Origin: Podarcis tiliguerta
Taxonomy: Eukaryota
DNA length: 64,000 nucleotides
Strand: one strand, 5' to 3'
NCBI GenBank assembly: GCA_965153285.1
Contig: OZ229110.1
The position numbers and the translations under genes were made by a program. Numbering within the stretch: the stretch's first letter is position 1; each line of letters begins with the position of its first letter. Below, piece after piece: positions 1 through 11,800 of this stretch. The notes under the pieces were generated by a model. It was not told where the DNA came from and ran no database searches. It saw nothing but the letters and a program-made list of their open reading frames with translations.

Positions 1-206
1 ATAGAGCTTGCAGTCTAAATAACAATGGGGGGCATAACAATGGAAATTTCAATAAATAAGCTAAAAGATGCAGATTTTATTATACACTGATGTTTCTATA
101 CATACCTACAACATCCATATTCTAAAGCAACAGGGTACATACTAAAGCACATCTGGGTCTGGTTAGTGCTTGGCTGGAATGCCACCTGGGAAGTTGGCAA
201 GATATA

Positions 207-466
207 CCATATTTTTTGCTCTATAAGACTCACTTTTTCCCTCTTGAAAAGTAAGGTGAAATGTGTGTATGTCTTATGGAGCGAATGCAGGCTGCGCAGC
301 TATCACAGAAGCCAGAACAGCAAGAGGGGGTTGCTGCTTTCACTGCGCAGTGATCCCTCTTGCTCTTCTGGCTTCTGAGATTCAGAATATTTTTTTTCTT
401 GTTTTCCTCCTCCAAAACCAAGGTGCGTCTTGTGGTCTGGTGCGTCTTATAGAGCGAAAAATACGG
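207..466. mobile_element. Tc1/mariner-pogo-type MITE
   Basis: TIRs CC(A/G)TATTTTT..GCTCTATAAGAC / GTCTTATAGAGCGAAAAATACGG flanked by TA dinucleotides; second, inverted copy at 45645-45872. Confidence 0.85.
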
Positions 467-1749
467 TAAATACAATATATATTACATAAATAAAAATGAG
501 AACACCCAACAATAAGGGGATGTACATACTATGAACTATACTACACTGTACTGGTACCAGGATTGCTGGAGAGCACAAATAGAAAATGCATCCAGTCACC
601 TGTCCAGATCATTCTCTCTCCTACCCACCCCACAGGCCAAGTTTGACAGGTGGGTGGGGCTATCTACCTGTCAATCATCAGGCATCACTATTACATCAGA
701 TGACCCATTTTTGCCTACATGGTTTAGTGATGATTAGCTGATCATTGAGTCTTGTGGAGCACTATGCATGATGCTTGGCAGGCTCACAGCTGATTGTGTA
801 CAACCTGTGCACAGAATTTCCCAAGCTCTGACAATCCATTGATAGCCAGTGCTTGGGCAGCCCTGTGCAAGGAATATTGTAGAAAAAGCTCTTTTAATCC
901 AAGCTCTGTCTGTAATAGACATCAGATGTAGAGCTGGTGGGTGGCTTGGCTGAAAGGATCTGGTGGGCCTAACCGAGCCTGTGGACCACAGATTCCCCAC
1001 TAATGTCGTAGAGTAACATGGAGTCAGCATCCTCCTCCATCATACACCAATACTCCTCACAATATACCCGCTATACGAATATGCACAAGAGCACTACACT
1101 AATGTCTACTGAAATGGCAGCATCAGCCCAAGCTAAAGTTGCACAGGAACCAAACAGTCTAGGTAGAACAGCAGACTGAACAGGAACTCAGAAACATTGT
1201 GTCTCCTGTTCGGTAGGCTAATTCCACAGGCACAGGCTGGATCAAGGGGGGAAAAAGGAAGCATCTATATGTGCATTTTGTGTACAGGATAGAGCAATCA
1301 AAACCTTGGAGAGCGAGAGGGTCATGACTAGAAAGACAGCAGAATCCTATGGGATGGGAATTTACATGGAAGTTTAATTCCATTGTGCTCAATAATGCTA
1401 ACTCCCAAGAAAGCCCACACAGGATTTCAGCTTTATTTCTTTACACTGCTTTTGCTAACTAGATTAAAGGAACAATAGAATTAAGCTAAACATATCGAAG
1501 AACAAGAGCCCGGGGAAGGGGGGGGGGTCTTGAGGAAGCACAGCGAGTACCAACAAACCCAAACTGACTAGGAGGCCAGGAACAAGTTAGGATCTCCCAG
1601 CCTCAGGCTTCCCGTCTGCAAAATGGGCAAAAGCAACGGCCCAAGTCATCCAGTAGTGGGAAGGACGACCGAGATTATGAATTTGAAAGAGCCCTTGGGA
1701 ACCTCGTAAGATAAACAACAAGGACTAGGATAATGGTGTTGACATAGTG

Positions 1750-2460
1750 GAAACGATGCGCCAGTGCAAGGGACGGGGCCAGAAGCCGGACACACCCGGG
1801 TGACACGATCAACCACAGGGACCAAACTACTGCGGCGAAGGCGCCGGGGGCGGGAGGGGGGCTGGGAGGCGGCCATATAAACAAACCCTTAAACGCCCCC
1901 CCCAAAAAAACCCTGTGCTCTCGCGGTGGAGAAGCGCCCCATTGAGCGTCACAAGGCCAAGTATCTCTTTCAGCGGAAGCCCCGAAGGGACACGAAGCCC
2001 CCCGCCAAGCGCCTAGGCCGCGCGGCCTGCCTGCCTGCGCCCTCACCCGCTTCCGATGCCGAGTCCCCATCGCCCGGTGCCGCTTCTTCCCGGCCTCCGC
2101 GAGGCCCAGGCGGCGACAGCTGGAGGATAGGCCTGCGCCCCGCTGGCGCCGCCCGCGACTTCTTCCCCATGGGAGCTGCTCCGAGCCTCACTCCGCCCGC
2201 GCGAAGGAGACGCCGCCGGAGAAGGCAGAGGGAAGAGGCCGGACGAGGCGGACAGAAACGAGCGGCGCCTGGGCCTGCCTGTCCGCCGAGGGTGGGGCGG
2301 GGCGCAAAGGGTGTCGGGATGTCGGGGCGGGGCCTGCGCCTAGCGCCGCCCCACCAGGCGCGGCGCCTGTTTCCCTGACAAGGGCCCCGAGTGAGGGCAG
2401 GCGCGCGAACGCGCTGACGGCGCTGGCCGCTGAGGCATTTCCTTGCGCATTCCTTCGGCA
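1750..2460 (-). promoter_or_regulatory. CpG island / promoter of FNBP4 with GC boxes
   Basis: Very GC- and CpG-rich; GGGGCGGGG boxes near 2294 and 2324, upstream of the ATG at 2170. Confidence 0.8.
2047..2170 (-). CDS. FNBP4: Formin-binding protein 4, first coding exon (gene continues left, out of the window)
   Basis: MGKKSRAAPAGRRPILQLSPPGPRG matches the recalled FNBP4 N-terminus (MGKKSRAVPGRRPILQLSPPGPRG); donor G|GTGAGG at 2046; FNBP4 lies next to NUP160 in human. Confidence 0.92.
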
Positions 2461-2487
2461 TCCTTCTTCCAAAGCAACTACTCTAAT

Positions 2488-2666
2488 CATAGCTGTCAAC
2501 TTTCAGATTTGAAAATAAGGGATCATCAGCCTCGAAAATAAGGGATCAGCAACCTCACCTGTCCCGGGGACAGTCTACGGGATATCTAACAATCTGGGAT
2601 AGCAGCGGGAAACGGCGCTGGAATAAGGGAATTTCCCTCAAAAAAAAGGGAAGGTTGACAGCTATG
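2488..2666. mobile_element. hAT-type MITE
   Basis: Perfect 13-bp TIR CATAGCTGTCAAC/GTTGACAGCTATG; 8-bp TSD ACTCTAAT at 2480-2487 and 2667-2674. Confidence 0.9.
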
Positions 2667-3119
2667 ACTCTAATCCGAAATTAAAAATGGAAAGCGTAAT
2701 GCTGGTGGTCAACAAAAGAGGTTTAAAGGCTGTCTTAAGACAAATATTTAAAAATGTAGTATAAACATCAACAATTGGGAAACACTTGCCTGCGCGCGCT
2801 CCAGTTGGAGAACAGCCTTTACCAAAGGTGTCATGGGCTTGGAAGACAGACTCAAGGACGCAAGGGAGAAACTTGCTAAGAGGAAGGCAGGCTTGGCAAA
2901 TCCACACCGTGAACAACTCCTGCCAGGGAACCAATGTCCCCACTGTGGAAGGACGTGTGGGTCCAAAATTGGCCTCCACAGTCACTTACGGACTCATGGT
3001 TAAAACTGTGTTTATGGAAGACAATCTTACTCGGCTACGAGTGATCGCCAAAGAAGCAGCTACTTGCAAGGCAGCCCCGGATGCACCCACTCCTCATGGG
3101 ACTCATAATGTGACTTAGC

Positions 3120-3491
3120 GACAAAAGGTACTAACTGTTGTGAGAATGTAGAAGGAATATAAATAATAACTCAGTAATGATAGATATATTCATTATAGAA
3201 TACGGCTATGATAGGAGGTCCAATTACACTTTTTTCTTTTTTTCTGATTTTTTCTTTCTTTAATTCATGTTAATAAATAGATATGACAACAAAAGATAGT
3301 AAAAATACAAATCAATTTAATTTATGTAAGTAAACAAATACTTGTATATGGTTTTTGCTTACACGGATTATATATATGTTTACTCAAGAAGATGTACAAT
3401 GCATATGTATATGTTATACAAGATATGCTATATGAAATGTGTCATATGATATAAGAGATTGTTAATAAAGCAAAAAACAACAACAACAAAA
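3120..3491 (+). mobile_element. 5'-truncated non-LTR retrotransposon 3' end (L1-like TPRT insertion)
   Basis: 16-bp TSD CATAATGTGACTTAGC (3104-3119, 3492-3507); AT-rich body, AATAAA near 3464 and A/CAA-rich tail. Confidence 0.75.
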
Positions 3492-5290
3492 CATAATGTG
3501 ACTTAGCAAAGGGCCACAGTTACAGCCCCGGACATTGCTTAACAGTCAAGAAGAGTTAGAACTTCATTTTCAGGGTTCGTCACATGCAAGCTTGAGAGAA
3601 ATTGAGGGCACAAGAGGATGGTATGGGCAATGGCGATTCAAAACAGGACAAGAATCCCCCCTTTAAAATATATATACTTGAGTGTCAGCAATGGGACCTG
3701 GAGATGTTGGGTTATTATTACCAAGGCTGTCACTTACATAGGGTGGGACTGATGGGAGGTGCAACCCAACGTTTGGATGCCTACAGGTTCTTCCCCACTT
3801 ATATACTTCTTTTTCTCCAAGTAGCATAGGGCAGCATAGAGGATGCCATGACTCTCATTTTGTCCTCTCATTGAAGTAGTGACTGCCCCAGGTCACCCAA
3901 TGAGCCTCATGGTTTTTTTGAGAGAGGTGAGGGTTGAACCTAGACAACACAGCCCAACTCTCTTAAGCCTCTACAGTGCTCAGTGACATTGCCATTGTCT
4001 GCTTGCATTTGTAAAAATTAGCTACTTTTCAGGATAAATTACAATTGCATTTAGATGTTTGAGACTATGCATTGACGTATGCATTCTTTTGCTGGGATTG
4101 CTACACAATTAACAGAACAGATAAAGGGAAAACTTTTTATTTAAGTAACAAACTTTTTTTTAAAGCGTTTGGAGAAAATGGAAGGTGATACTTCCGAGTG
4201 ACTGACCTAAATACACATATTTTATTTCCATGGAAAATTGCTCTGTGATAAGGATGTATTATTGTGTCAAGCCTCGCCCACTACTGCATTATGGCATTCT
4301 ATACCAGGGTGGTTAACCTTGTGCCCTCCAGATGTTGCTGAGCTCTCATCATCTCTGTCCCTCAGGTAGGGCTGATGGGAGGTGTAGCTGAACACAGGTA
4401 ATCCACCCCTGCTCTACAGCTTTGCCCCAGGGTAATGTAGCCCTTGGTCTGAAAACAGTTCTTCATGTTATACACTTTGTATTCCATTCTAGTTTTTACT
4501 GGTAATAAACCAGCTAGAAAATTAGGCCCACATCTATGCTCAAACGCTATCTCAGTTGCGAAGGCGTCTAACTGCTTTGTTTTCTGAGCTGGACAAGTAT
4601 ATTGACAAGGCAGCTCCAGCAATGGTTCGCCTCTCCCAAAAGTATGTGTATATGTAATTCTTAACATATTAGCGCCTTGCAAACAAGTCATGACAACTGC
4701 TTGCTGCTTCGGCGTCCATTCAGAGTCTGTAAAAGCAGCAGGGCTCTGCTGGCTGTGGTGCAAGATCACTTTTCTTTAATAAAGCACTGGAAGTAGCCAT
4801 TTTCACATTTTTTACATCCTCCTTTGGTATCCCTGCATCAAGCCACTCACACAGGCACTCCTTTGGGCCTGCAGATCAGGACACTGGCCTCAATGTCACT
4901 TGAGAGAATGTGGTCATAACCCATACGAACCATCAATAAAATGGCATCTTACCATTTGAAACTCAGATAATGCTAGCACCTAGTTTTTGTGTTGCTGATG
5001 ATGTCATTTACACTCAAAGTTGCAAAAGAAATATTGTACAATTATGAAGCATTGACATTACTTCAGTAAATTTTCCACTAGAACAAAATTGTCAGTACAG
5101 TCAGGAATAGAAACTTCCAATGAGAACTAGTAAATAACTGATCATTATCTGTTCCCATTTCCTCCTTCAATGGAAATATCAGATCACGCTTTCTATTTGT
5201 CTCCTTCAAAATACATCTTTCCCTATGGAAAGATGCACTGCAATAAGCTATTGTGAAAAACGACTCTGGATTTTTAAACAAAGTTTTCAT

Positions 5291-5296
5291 TTTATT
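5291..5296 (-). terminator. Candidate NUP160 polyadenylation signal AATAAA
   Basis: TTTATT on the + strand about 450 nt past the stop codon; other candidates exist near 5492, 4220 and 4137. Confidence 0.5.
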
Positions 5297-5742
5297 AAAG
5301 ATAATTCAAAAACTGTCACAATAAATAAGACCAACATTAGCTCCCATATATAGTACAGTATAAGGAATAATTCAGTAGAAAGATGGTAGGAACATGCAAT
5401 GTACAACCCAGGGTTTCATTGCTGGAAATGATTTAGCACCCAGTTCGGCACAGGCTTAAAAGCTTAAATTTAATTCAGCGTCCCCAACATATTTATTTTA
5501 AAAAGTCTATCATTCCCTGGTAGGGAATGTTTGGTTCATTGTGAAAAAATAGAATTTGTAATAATAGCACCACCAGCAGCGCACAGGGTTCCCTATGACT
5601 CCAGCCAATCCATGCAAAGCAAATGCTTCACACATACTTCATGCCAGTTATGCACATTAGCACAGTCTTTTCTTGTAGCTTTGTCTGAAGGGCCACCAGG
5701 CACAAGGTGATTAAGTAAAGTCACACAATCCAGGTCCATCTG

Positions 5743-5829
5743 CTAGTTCCGACGATACAGAAGATCCCGAGTTGCCTTATCAACCTGGTTTTGGTAGACC
5801 TCTAATTTGTCATGCACCTTCTGATATAG
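5743..5829 (-). CDS. NUP160: NUP160 exon 36 (last)
   Basis: LYQKVHDKLEVYQNQVDKATRDLLYRRN*. Confidence 0.93.
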   Translation of the reverse strand, partial: LYQKVHDKLEVYQNQVDKATRDLLYRRN

Positions 5830-8800
5830 CTGGAAAGGAACAGAAGTACAATCATTTTCTGTTAATAGGTATAGTTGAGGGATTGAGGATGCAAGAGATA
5901 CAACTGCCCTTTATTGCCTTATACCAAATTTTGCAGCCTGTACTGACTCCCAAAGCAGCTGATAGCAATTTAATTTCAACAGAAAATGCTAAGGATTCCT
6001 GCAGTATTTTCTGACCCCCAGCAGTTGATTACATAGTTCAGGTTTCAACCTCTTCCCTTCAGAAAGCATTAGGGCAGCAGATGGAATTAAGGTCCAGCTC
6101 ATGATATACACATAAGCTTTATAAACTCCCTTAGTCATTAAATGGGGGAGGGGCTGCAGCAAGATAAGTTTTATTACAGCCTTTTGCATCTTCCCAAGTG
6201 AAATTTAATTTGTGGTAAAAATTTGCTGGAGGATAGACATTTCTCTGTGCTGGTTCTTATACCTTTTTCAGGAGACTGAATGCAAAAACTATTGTAATAA
6301 TCAGTAACCAAAAGGACATGAAGACAGATATAATTAATTTATATATGAAAACATTTTACTACATTCTGGTTCAACAAAAATCTTCATATGCCTCTTGAGC
6401 TAAGGCACAATATTTGCAACCATATCCTATATATTAATATTCAGTATCAAGAAAGCTTATAGTTGCCCCACTTTAACCTTATCCACCACGTTTTCTAAGA
6501 AGAGTGCATTTGCAGCTGCTTGGTAGCTAGTCAAAGCATTGGGTCCAGGTCTGGTTTCTTGAGGAGTATCCACACCACGGCATTTTCATGATGGCAGGGA
6601 CCATCCATTACACCATGAAGTTACACCCTGGACCTAATCTGTCAGCCCAACCCCCCTAGGTTATAGTTAATAAGCCAAGGATCAAAAGGCATATGGTCAA
6701 GCACAGAGCTGAAAGCACCTTGTGAACATCACCAGGTTACATACATTCAAAGTGATATAGTAAGATATGACAAATCCATAGCACTGGACACATTGATTTC
6801 TATTTTCCATCAGACATACTTACCACTGTGTTATGGTGATTGGTTGCATTTTCTCCTAGCACTTGAAGAAGCTGGTCAATTGCAGAATATGGAAGCCAAA
6901 CCATTGGAGTTGTAGCTGATAATGGGAACTAAAAAGAAAATAAAACCTTTAATATAGCTGAATGACATTAGCTGAATGAGAAACATCCCAAGTGCAAAAA
7001 ACGTAAAACCATTGTACATGGTAGAGGTGGGGAAGCTGGATACAGCATACAGTGGTACTCCAGTCTGGAGTAACTAGGGCATGAGTCACTTTGGCCAGGT
7101 CTCTAGGCTGCCACATGGTCATCCAGGAGTACTCCTTGTCTGTGAACCTGTTTTTTTCTTAGTTTTCCCATAATTCTTCAAGGTAGGTGCATTCCGTCAC
7201 TTTTTCTCATTTGTAAAAAATATATATAGTGGAATGAACTGAACACCCAATTGTACCTCAATGCCAAAGTAATGAGGTCCTTTCCCAAGTAAGGCATCCA
7301 CATATTCCAGCACCAAATCCACAGCTTCTTCTAAGAGGTCATAGTTCAAATAGAGGCGGAGAAGTTCAGCAGCATCTACCATCTGTAGAGAAACAAATGA
7401 AATTGAGCAGACACTTACTGGAAAGTCTTTTTATATTTAAGACGCTTAGTGGATGATAGGTAGCCCTCATTACTGATGAGACTTATAAGAACCCAACACA
7501 AGACACACAAGGCATACTGAAAATAACCCATTGCAGAGACTCTTGTAAAATTCTGGACTGATTTGTTCTGGTGAAGCACAACTCTTTTATTTCTTGCACT
7601 CAAGGCCATGGCTAGCTTGCTTCCCTGTCTTTTAGATCCCTGTGTTGCTTCCAATTTCTACCCCCTTAAACATTTGCAAATTATTTCCTTTATTTAACAA
7701 AGGCTTAAAATGAAGAATCCAAATTGTTTACTGGGGTTGAAATGACTTTGGGCACCATGGTGGATGACCTACACCAGACAGGGTGTGTTGCTGTTGGTTC
7801 TGCCAGATCTCTCAGAGGCTTTTGTTATCATCTGAAATGTTTGGTTGATATTTATTTTATTATACAAATTCATAAACCACTTCACAGCCTGTGGGCATCA
7901 AAGCAGTGTACAATAAAGTAAAATGCTATAAAATAAAAATAAGGTAAAATGCAAAAGACACAAGTTGCAACATCAAAGTTCCCATTTCTTTTACAACATT
8001 AAAAAAGTAAAGGTAAAGGACCCCTCATGTGGCCAGCATGACTAAGCCACTTCTGGAGCAACGGAACACCAAAACCAGAGCAGCGCACGGAAATGCCATT
8101 TACCTTCCCGCTGGAGCGGTACCTATTTATCTACTTGCACTTTTTGGCGTGCTTTTGAACTACTAGGTTGGCAGGGGCTGAGACTGAGCAATAGGAGCTC
8201 ACCCTGTTGAACCGCCAACCTTCTGATCGACAAGCCCAGGCTCAGTGGTTTAAACCACAGCGCCACCTGCGTCCATTTACAACATTAAGAACATGCAATT
8301 TACTCACCACAGTGCAGATTTCAGCTCCTGAATTACTATTATTTGACAATTACTCAAGCTACAAACAAGTGTCACTGAAACTCATTTATCACACTTTTTA
8401 AGCAGTCAACAGGGAAGTAATGAGCCAGCATTGTACATTTATCCTCCACTGAACACCAGCTTAATTGTGCACAGATCAGGTATTTACTTTGTAACTGTTG
8501 ATAAGCCAGTTAGGCAAGGGCACTCCATGAGACAGCAACTTGTTGATTACACAGCGATGGTATGAACAGTTCTGAGACTTATATCTGTCCAGGTAGGAGG
8601 ACAAAAGACGCCATGCTTCATCTGTTGCACTGCAACACAATTGGAATACCATTAACAGACGGATGGATACATGCATGTTTCCGGCTACCAGTCAAAATCT
8701 CCATTCCTGAATATTTTGATGGTTCACAGGGGAGTCTACACATCCCCTTTCCACAATCTCTTGCTCAACTTTTTATGTGAACTTGTTTTCTTCTGTTCTT

Positions 8801-11800
8801 AATTCAGTTAAGCCAAAGTTTCTGGACCCCTAGAAAGTGTTGCCATGTGGTTTTATCTGAAGTACAAGAGCCACTATGGGATGTCCTTAACATTTGCACT
8901 AAAACCATCCTTCAAAATATACAAAGCAAAAAAGAAAGCATGAATGAACACTTTACGACTGCTGCTTCAAGATGGTTTGCTGAAGACTAAATGAAGCAGG
9001 ACAACCACAATCCTGAAGTGCAATTTCTGGTATTTTATTAGCAAGAAATATTTATTTCCATGCAGATTTCTTGGACCACAAAGTACTTGCTTTCTTTTCC
9101 TGCAAAATGTATCACAGTACCTGGTCTCCTTGGTTGTGATGACTGATGACAACTGATTTGCAGCTAGCCAATCCCATGCTTCTGCTAATGCTGTTTCCCC
9201 TCCAAACTGGAGTTTAATACATCTGGAATACAAATAACCAGGTACACTCAGATACTGTAGGTACAATAGTAATTCTAACCTTATTTATTTATTTAAAAAC
9301 TGATTGAATTCTTCCCACCCACCCCATATGGAGTTATCCCTGCTTTGTTCTAACAACTTTATTAGATTCTCTGGCTGAGAAACAATCAAGTTCACCTGAG
9401 CAGGAAATTGAACCCTGGTCTTACTTTTCCAAACATTCCATCTTACAATTGCTCTTTGCTTCAGTTACAGATGCCGAAGTAATGGCTGTGCTCTAGAACC
9501 CTACATATGCACCTGGCTGTGATTGATACGGAGATCAGTGAGCTTATTGAATGCTTCTATTATTCATGGAACATATTTGCTTATTCAGGACTGTATCAGT
9601 AACTGTCACCCATCTTTAAAACATTCTGCCACAACTTTAGCCACCAGCACAAGTGTCACTGGTTTAGTTGCTACCAAGGTAGTTGAAATCAAACTGATAC
9701 CTATGAAAATGGTAACATCAACACAACAGAAAACGATTGAGAGCTTGTACAAACCAACCACAGAAGCTTAAGTGAAAGTGAAAACGTGTATTGGTAATAG
9801 TTTCAGGGCTTGATTACCCAGCAATTTGTTCCAAGGATATTTTAGACTCTCAAATGAGAGTTGGCCAAGGCAAAATGTAAGATTATGAGCAAGAATACAT
9901 CAAATGCTCTAGCCTCAATGCTGTCAGAATCACTCCCACTTCATATCACATTCTCCTATTACTCGGGCTTAGACATAGTTTTAAAGTAAGAGTGTATGAT
10001 TTCACTTAAAAATTACGTACTTTCAAATCTGAATATACTTTTCCCAAAAGATCAATAGATATTTCACTACTCACATTATGTACTTAAGTCCAATAATATG
10101 TTACGTACTTGAAAGTAAGTCCCTCAAACACAGGTGTTAAGGGAAAGTTGTAGGTCTGGCAGAGAGAAATGGCAGTGTCAAAACGACCAGCCTGCACCAA
10201 CAGGGTTACCAGCTCCTTGGGCGATGAGTTTCCTGGGTAGGGTAGATAACATAACAAAATTACATCATCTCAACCCACAGAACAGATTAAGGGGCACTTA
10301 TGGAACTCTAACATTAGCGCTCTATTTAATACAACTCTCCATGATTGTATACAGAGTAATTGCAGCATTCAGTTCTTATAGATGCAAAGCCACACACCCT
10401 GTCTCTCATAATTGAGTAGACCATGCCTACTGTGGATATGAGATCACAGAACACTATTTAGCAGAGTCTCCTCTTGCTGCAAATGCAGCAGCAGCATAAT
10501 AACGGTAGTGAGTGTTTCACAAATTAAGATTGGATTCCACATCCCACAAACAGCAACAGAGGAGGATGTGGAAGTACATTTCTTGTGGGTTACTGATCTC
10601 CCACACAGAGATTAAATTGCTCACCCTCTGTACAGTTATTAAGCCAAGTAGTATGAACGTAAATCCTGAGCTTACCTGTAATAGCAGTTGTTGTTGAATC
10701 ATGTTGTGCTAAAGTTAGCCGTATGCGAGCCAGCACACATTCTTTTTCCAAATCCTGCAGCTCCAAGATTTCAATCCGACTTCCCGCTGTACCAAAATAA
10801 TCATTTATTTACAATGTGGCAACTTCAAGAGTCTACTATTGAGAATTTAAAGTTAAACCAGGCAATATAAAGGCAAAATTCTGCTCTTGAGTGAAGAACA
10901 GCTACTATACTAGCTTTCTTTTAGTCAACCCCAACATTTTACACATAAATGGTTTCCCACTAATCATCAGCTTTATAAGGGGACAGCTGATTAGCTGGAT
11001 GTATTAAAGTCATCTGCAAATTAATATTTATATTTATCCTAATTTCCTATTTGAACAAGGACATCAGAATTTTCTTTGGTATTATCATAAATAGGAATGT
11101 TGGGCCCTTACCATGAATGTTCTAACTAGGGCAAGACATCAAATATGCTGGATTATATCCACCAATAACCCTAGTAGGCAATGAAACATATGGTTGTCTT
11201 TTGGGCCAGCCATGTGACCCAAGGCTCTTCCTTTAATTATGTTCGTTGAAAGTATAAGACAGCTGCTGAAGGCATTCCAAAACTAACACCAATGGCAGCT
11301 ATGAAATAGAAGAATAATGAACACAGATCCAAAGTTAAGAGTTACATCCAGAGGAGGCTGAAGGGAGCTGGAAGAAAAAGGTTAAGTCCAGGGTGAAAAC
11401 AGGGAAAGAACTGGAGGAGGAATCTAGGGTCACATGGCTGGCCCAAAAGACTATCATATCTTTCCCTGCCTTCCTGTGTTAAGAAATGCCTTTAAGATCA
11501 TAGGCTGTAAAGTTCCCATATCCTTTCTTCCTGTAGTGCTGCAGTGATGAGAAAAAATGGCAACAGGCAAAATGTTCCCCTCAGCACTAATGACAATACA
11601 GAAGTCTTCTTAACTTGGCAATCCTGTGCCCTTTTGGCCCTCCAGAATAGTGGGTGTATTTTCATAGCTCATACCTACTCTGCCCCCAACAACAGCTCAG
11701 ATAACACTGTCTACTGCACAATTATTGCAATCAATTCAAAATACTGAGCTATGTGGGTAAGAAACTAGTGCACCAGACTCTCGCATATCAAGGAGACATC

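Noticed and set aside
1926-2499. Long overlapping ORFs (150, 163 and 103 aa) at the FNBP4 5' end
   Set aside because: By-products of GC-rich CpG-island sequence; only 2047-2170 has protein homology
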